Shown one piece after another: positions 59,910 to 64,000 of a stretch of 64,000 nucleotides of DNA. The notes under the pieces are model-generated. The model was not told where the DNA came from and ran no database searches. It saw only the letters and a program-made list of their open reading frames with translations. The stretch comes from Neoechinorhynchus agilis. Lineage: Eukaryota > Animalia > Acanthocephala. Position 1 is the stretch's first letter; every line of letters begins with the position of its first letter. The position numbers and the translations under genes are program-made. Location: NCBI GenBank assembly GCA_051530055.1, contig CM121343.1, positions 900,389 through 964,388 on the forward strand, given 5' to 3'.

Positions 59910-62900
59910 TCAAGCCTTCTTAGATCCATTCAAGAATAGGTACGGAGAGCTGAGCATTATAAGGAATGTACCGGCAAGAAATACAACCATTGTAGTGAAT
60001 AGGAATACCCGATCGATTACAGTTGCTGCCATTCGCCATTCTTCTTTGACCTCCAAAAGTTCATTATAGATGAAAATTTAAAAGATAAACTTACTGTTGC
60101 ATATCTTCCCTCGTGCTGCAATTGCGACGCTATAGCATTTGTCTGAAGTGCAATGTCCTGAAGTACTCTTCTTGTACATTCTTCAAATTGTTTGAATTGA
60201 TTAACTTTATTAGTATGATGTTTTTGCTCATTGCTATGTTCGTAGTTGCGAGTAGCTAAATCCATTTCCACATTATCGGAAGTGAAATCAATCTCATTTG
60301 TTTGATTATCCTGCGGTCGCCGTATAGTCAGGTAACGTGGTAAAACATCGAGGAAAATTCGACGAAATAAAATTGGCATTCGATATGTTCGCGGGGTCCG
60401 AAAATTTATGTTAATGATAATTATAGTTGAAATAATTGTGAGCATATTCAAAAAAAATATAAATATCACATATTTTGAAATGAGTGGAATTATTGATGTA
60501 TGAGGCAATAACTTTCCAGTCAATACCAGGAACACGTTGATTGACATTAAGGTGGATATGCTTACGATTATTTTCTCTCCTGCGTCCGAAGGAAGGTGAA
60601 ATTTCCGAGAATTACGGAATAATAGGAACATTCGAACTCATAAAAAGGTCGCGTACGAACGGATGAAATTTAATCAAATATTAAATGTGTCACAAGAAAC
60701 CTAACTGCAAAACGCATTTTCGTCCATTAAACGGACTTGATAGCACTTGGTTGAAACAAAATATGACCGCAATTCTAAAACTGTTTGGATCGAAAATGCG
60801 AAAATGAAGCATTGACTAATGAATTTTAGGATTGTAATTTTTCATCTTTTACTTCCTAATACGTGAACAAAAAGACACGACTTTACATGGTATTTGAAAC
60901 CCCTCATTTGTCCCATATTCCGAGATTCTCAAAGTATACCAACACTCAAAAAGCCGGTGAGCACAAGCGGGATGAGCAAATTGATTGTGTAGAATAGAGA
61001 TTTGCGTCTAATGACTGTTTGGAATACCATTTCGACTCTTGTGTTGTTATGGGTAAACACCAGTTTCCCAGGCGCATCAATTATATCCCATGATCCACTT
61101 GTGTGATACTCCATAAGGGTAATATACTTTCTATCTTGATAGTAATCGAAGGCTAACTCCTTTGCATTGTACGTCCATGAGCCTAAACGTAACTCACAGA
61201 TCTGTTGATCGAATGGGAAATATCTAATGTCGACTTTGCAACTGCTCTTGTGTATGGATATCGGCACCCACAGCATTGAACCGTCGTACTTTATGACAAC
61301 CTTTGGTCTATAAGTAGTTATGTATTGTCCATCAGCACTACATGCATTTAATCAGGCTTGAAGATTATGTCTCAGATTAACTAACTTATTAAACAAAACT
61401 ATTTCTGGTCGCCATACAAGATCTGGGTGTAGTCTGATGCTCTCTAAGCCGCCGTACTCTGATGGATTCCAAACAAGGTTCTTATCTAACCACGACTAAG
61501 CACAAAATTATCCACTCATCTTGTATAAACGGGAAATTACCAGCTCGAGAAAATGATTCACTTTCATTAGTTGCTCTCTTTCCGACTAAATATATATTTG
61601 GATATGTTGTAAAAAATAAACCCAACTGGATCAGAATATTTCGCCATATAGTCAAACCGAATTTTGTTTAAATACCGCAGGGTCGCGGATAAAATGGTAA
61701 AGATAACTCGCATTGAGTTTTTTTATCAGAAGATATAAACAAGTACGAAATATTTTCTTCGCTCAATCGTTTTAAATGAAAAATCACTCGAGAATGACGG
61801 ATCTTTTTAGTTGTAAATACAGGGTCACTGCCAGCGTCTTTTTGAAGGTACTGGCGCATTATAAATATTGATTATGATCAAAATGTTTGGTTTGATTTAA
61901 TATTAATCATAAGGAGATTTGTAATGCAGTCCCCAGGGGGAGCGGCTACTGCCGCGGAGGACCGAAAGGTTGCGAAATATAAAGAATTAAGTAGGCCTCA
62001 CGTTTTTATACCCTTTGGAGTGGAGACTCTTGGTGCGCTCGGTAGTTCGGCACTTAGATTTACGGAGTAGTTATCGAGTAGACTCCAGGCCAAGAAATGA
62101 AATGCAAGAGCTGGTGCCTTCCTGCGCCAAACCATTGGTCTCGCGATCCAAAGAGGAAACGCAGCGAGTGTGGTCGCGACCACTGAGGGGAGAGCAATGC
62201 CTCTTCTTCGTGGACGGTGGTGATTGTTGAAACGTTTTGTTGTTGTGTGTAAATGAAAGAGTTGCTTTCAAAAAAGGAAACAAAATTTTAGTTTTAACAT
62301 TACGTAAAAAATTTCTTTTAAAACTCAATGCTGCGCGTTGTATCGTAGGAAATGATAATCTAATAAATCAAAGTCGATAAACGTGCGACGTTTTATCTGA
62401 ACGAGATGAGTATTCGAGGTAAAATTATAATCTTACATTATAAAACTGATTTTTTGCACTTATAAAATTGATAGAGTCCAAGAGTCGTCCACAATTGGAT
62501 AAAAATGCTTGATTGTTATGAATGAAATGGTTAACAGAATCTACGCATGTAATTTATAGTTTTTCAGCTATTATTTGCCTTCAATACCAAAAACGAACAT
62601 TGTAAATGAGGGTGAGATATATGACAAAGATAGGACGGAGCATGTTAAAACCGACACATACCACGCTGATTAGCTGATGGAAGCCTATTCCTAAGTTTGC
62701 TCGGAACGTTTCATTGTGGTATCGAACCGGTCTCAAAAGTGGATTGTAATTCTTTAATAGTTTTTCTTGTAGTTTTTCTTCGTGATAAGATGTATTTCCT
62801 ACAATAGAATGTAGCGGCATTTATATTGCATTTTAAACTGACCGATTCCTATCGTGCCCATGAAAATGAGCATCATGATTACGTGAGACATTTGCCCCAT
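59910..62900 (-). CDS. Nicotinic acetylcholine receptor, non-alpha subunit, ~7 exons
   Basis: LLKNYNPLLRPV, W.D..L.WNP.EYGG, WRPEIVLFNNADG, Cys-loop KSSCKVDIRYFPFDQQICELRLGSWTY, no vicinal YxCC in loop C, M1-M3 (LPSDAGEK), M4 EWRMAATVIDRVFL. Five introns model as GT-AG; the one at ~60602-60934 does not. Confidence 0.93.
61925..62240 (+). mobile_element. CRE-clade 3' fragment in an nAChR intron (antisense to the gene)
   Basis: GAATAAEDRKVAKYKELSRPHVFIPFGVETLGALG...FLRQTIGLAIQRGNAASV. Confidence 0.85.
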
Positions 62901-63034
62901 TTCGACGTCTTTAGTTCCTGTGCATTTCCCTCCGCTACCGCATGCCACAGAAAGCGAATTTCGCATAATGATCGCAAAATAAGGAGCGCAGTCTCATTGT
63001 AGAGATCCCAATGCCGTGGTGGTTTATCGAGCAT

Positions 63035-63925
63035 TTAGAGGAGTGCACCCAATGCAACTTCAAGCTCTTCCTTCATCGATTTTACCTTTCCTTTTTCGCT
63101 TTCCAGTAGACCCTCAATCTCCTCATTTTGCCGTTTAAATTTATACGCTGCTCTTTCCGCTTTCTCTTTAAAGCGTTCGGATCTCTCAACCGTCGCCGTC
63201 AGCTGCTTTACTTGCTGCTCCAGTTGAGCTTCCCGATTGTTCATTTGTGCTGCATTGTTCTTCAAAGATTGGTTTTCTTCCTTTAAAATCTTGGATTCAT
63301 CTCTTAATTTACTTAGCTCATTCTCGGTGTACGTTAAGCGTCCTACACTTTTCTCAAGCTCCACTTCGGCAATTTTTAGTTTTCTGCACAAGTCGTCACA
63401 ATTGTCGGACAACTTCGATGACCGTTCCATTTCCGTATTAAGCCGAGTTTGCAGGACATCCACTTTTTGGGTCAATTCAATAGAATGCTTTTCGAAAACT
63501 TGAAGTGATAACCGGTTTTGTTCGCTTTTTCCAACCAGTTCCTCGATTTGCAACTGACTTTTGTCAAATTTTAACTCTAGTTCAGACATTTGGTTTTCAA
63601 GCAAAAGTTTCTGTCGACGGGTGGATTCGAGTTCGAGTTCAAGGTGATTCACATGCGCATCTCGACTTGTAAGCTTTCGATCCAATGTCTCAACTTTTAG
63701 TTCGGCATCAGTTGCAGCCTTGATCGCTTGCTTAAGTTCATTTGTTAACTTGTTTATTTTGTCATTGCTGTCATTAAGGCCATTCTCCAGCATTTTCTGC
63801 TTATCACGATTCTTGACCGAATCCTCCAGTGCTTGATCCCTCTCCATTTTGAGTGCTTGCATCTTTTGCTTTATTGATTCCATTGCGATCGATGTTGTCG
63901 AACCTGTAGCTTGCGTTGTTGCCAT
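63035..63925 (-). CDS. Tropomyosin (intronless, divergent)
   Basis: MESIKQKMQALKMERDQAL matches the tropomyosin N-terminus. Continuous heptads, RKLKIAEVELEKS, ~282 aa from the second Met. Confidence 0.85.
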   Translation of the reverse strand: MATTQATGSTTSIAMESIKQKMQALKMERDQALEDSVKNRDKQKMLENGLNDSNDKINKLTNELKQAIKAATDAELKVETLDRKLTSRDAHVNHLELELESTRRQKLLLENQMSELELKFDKSQLQIEELVGKSEQNRLSLQVFEKHSIELTQKVDVLQTRLNTEMERSSKLSDNCDDLCRKLKIAEVELEKSVGRLTYTENELSKLRDESKILKEENQSLKNNAAQMNNREAQLEQQVKQLTATVERSERFKEKAERAAYKFKRQNEEIEGLLESEKGKVKSMKEELEVALGALL

Positions 63926-64000
63926 TTTAGATGAAAAAGTAATTATGATGAATCAAGTTGCGAATTGAAAGTTTTAAATTGGTGCTAAGGAATGTACCAC

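Noticed and set aside
60602-60940. U12-type reading of the odd nAChR intron (GTATACTTT donor, TTCCGTAAT branch-like)
   Set aside because: Both motifs deviate from consensus, and the only AT-AC solution deletes three conserved M1 residues. Not fully excluded.
233-63503. Numerous short antisense or alternative-frame ORFs in the supplied track
   Set aside because: They overlap well-supported genes or TE ORFs and lack motifs of their own.
1-64000. Assigning the window to Fritillaria or another specific taxon because of the odd introns
   Set aside because: The large majority of modelled introns are canonical GT-AG, and no diagnostic marker is present.

Overview
Eukaryotic, almost certainly animal, AT-rich and very compact genomic DNA. 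Most introns are about 40-60 nt and GT-AG. The species cannot be assigned from sequence alone. Recognisable genes in order: 3' end of BLTP1/KIAA1109, an MMP, two degenerate thioredoxin-fold genes, EAF, NRBP, GGA, a Pim kinase, a very divergent alpha-kleisin (Rad21/Rec8 family), a GPI-anchored 2-Ig protein, METTL3, FoxO, a non-alpha nicotinic receptor subunit and a tropomyosin. Between them lie many mobile remnants: Penelope-like (GIY-YIG, RT, hammerhead motifs), CRE-clade non-LTR elements, a Gypsy gag fragment, MITEs and a 118-bp tandem array. A ~4.7-kb inverted segmental duplication (14.7-19.3 kb vs 47.1-55.7 kb) has one copy split by a chimeric CRE element stuffed with host gene fragments. 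Most notable: (1) interruptions in the nAChR and MMP genes that have no good GT-AG solution and are bounded by inverted repeats, i.e. candidate non-canonical hairpin introns; (2) a dispersed motif containing every hammerhead core element in a strand order that matches none of types I/II/III; (3) minimal Penelope-type hammerheads. No CRISPR, rRNA or tRNA was found. All coordinates and splice models were read by eye and are approximate unless stated.
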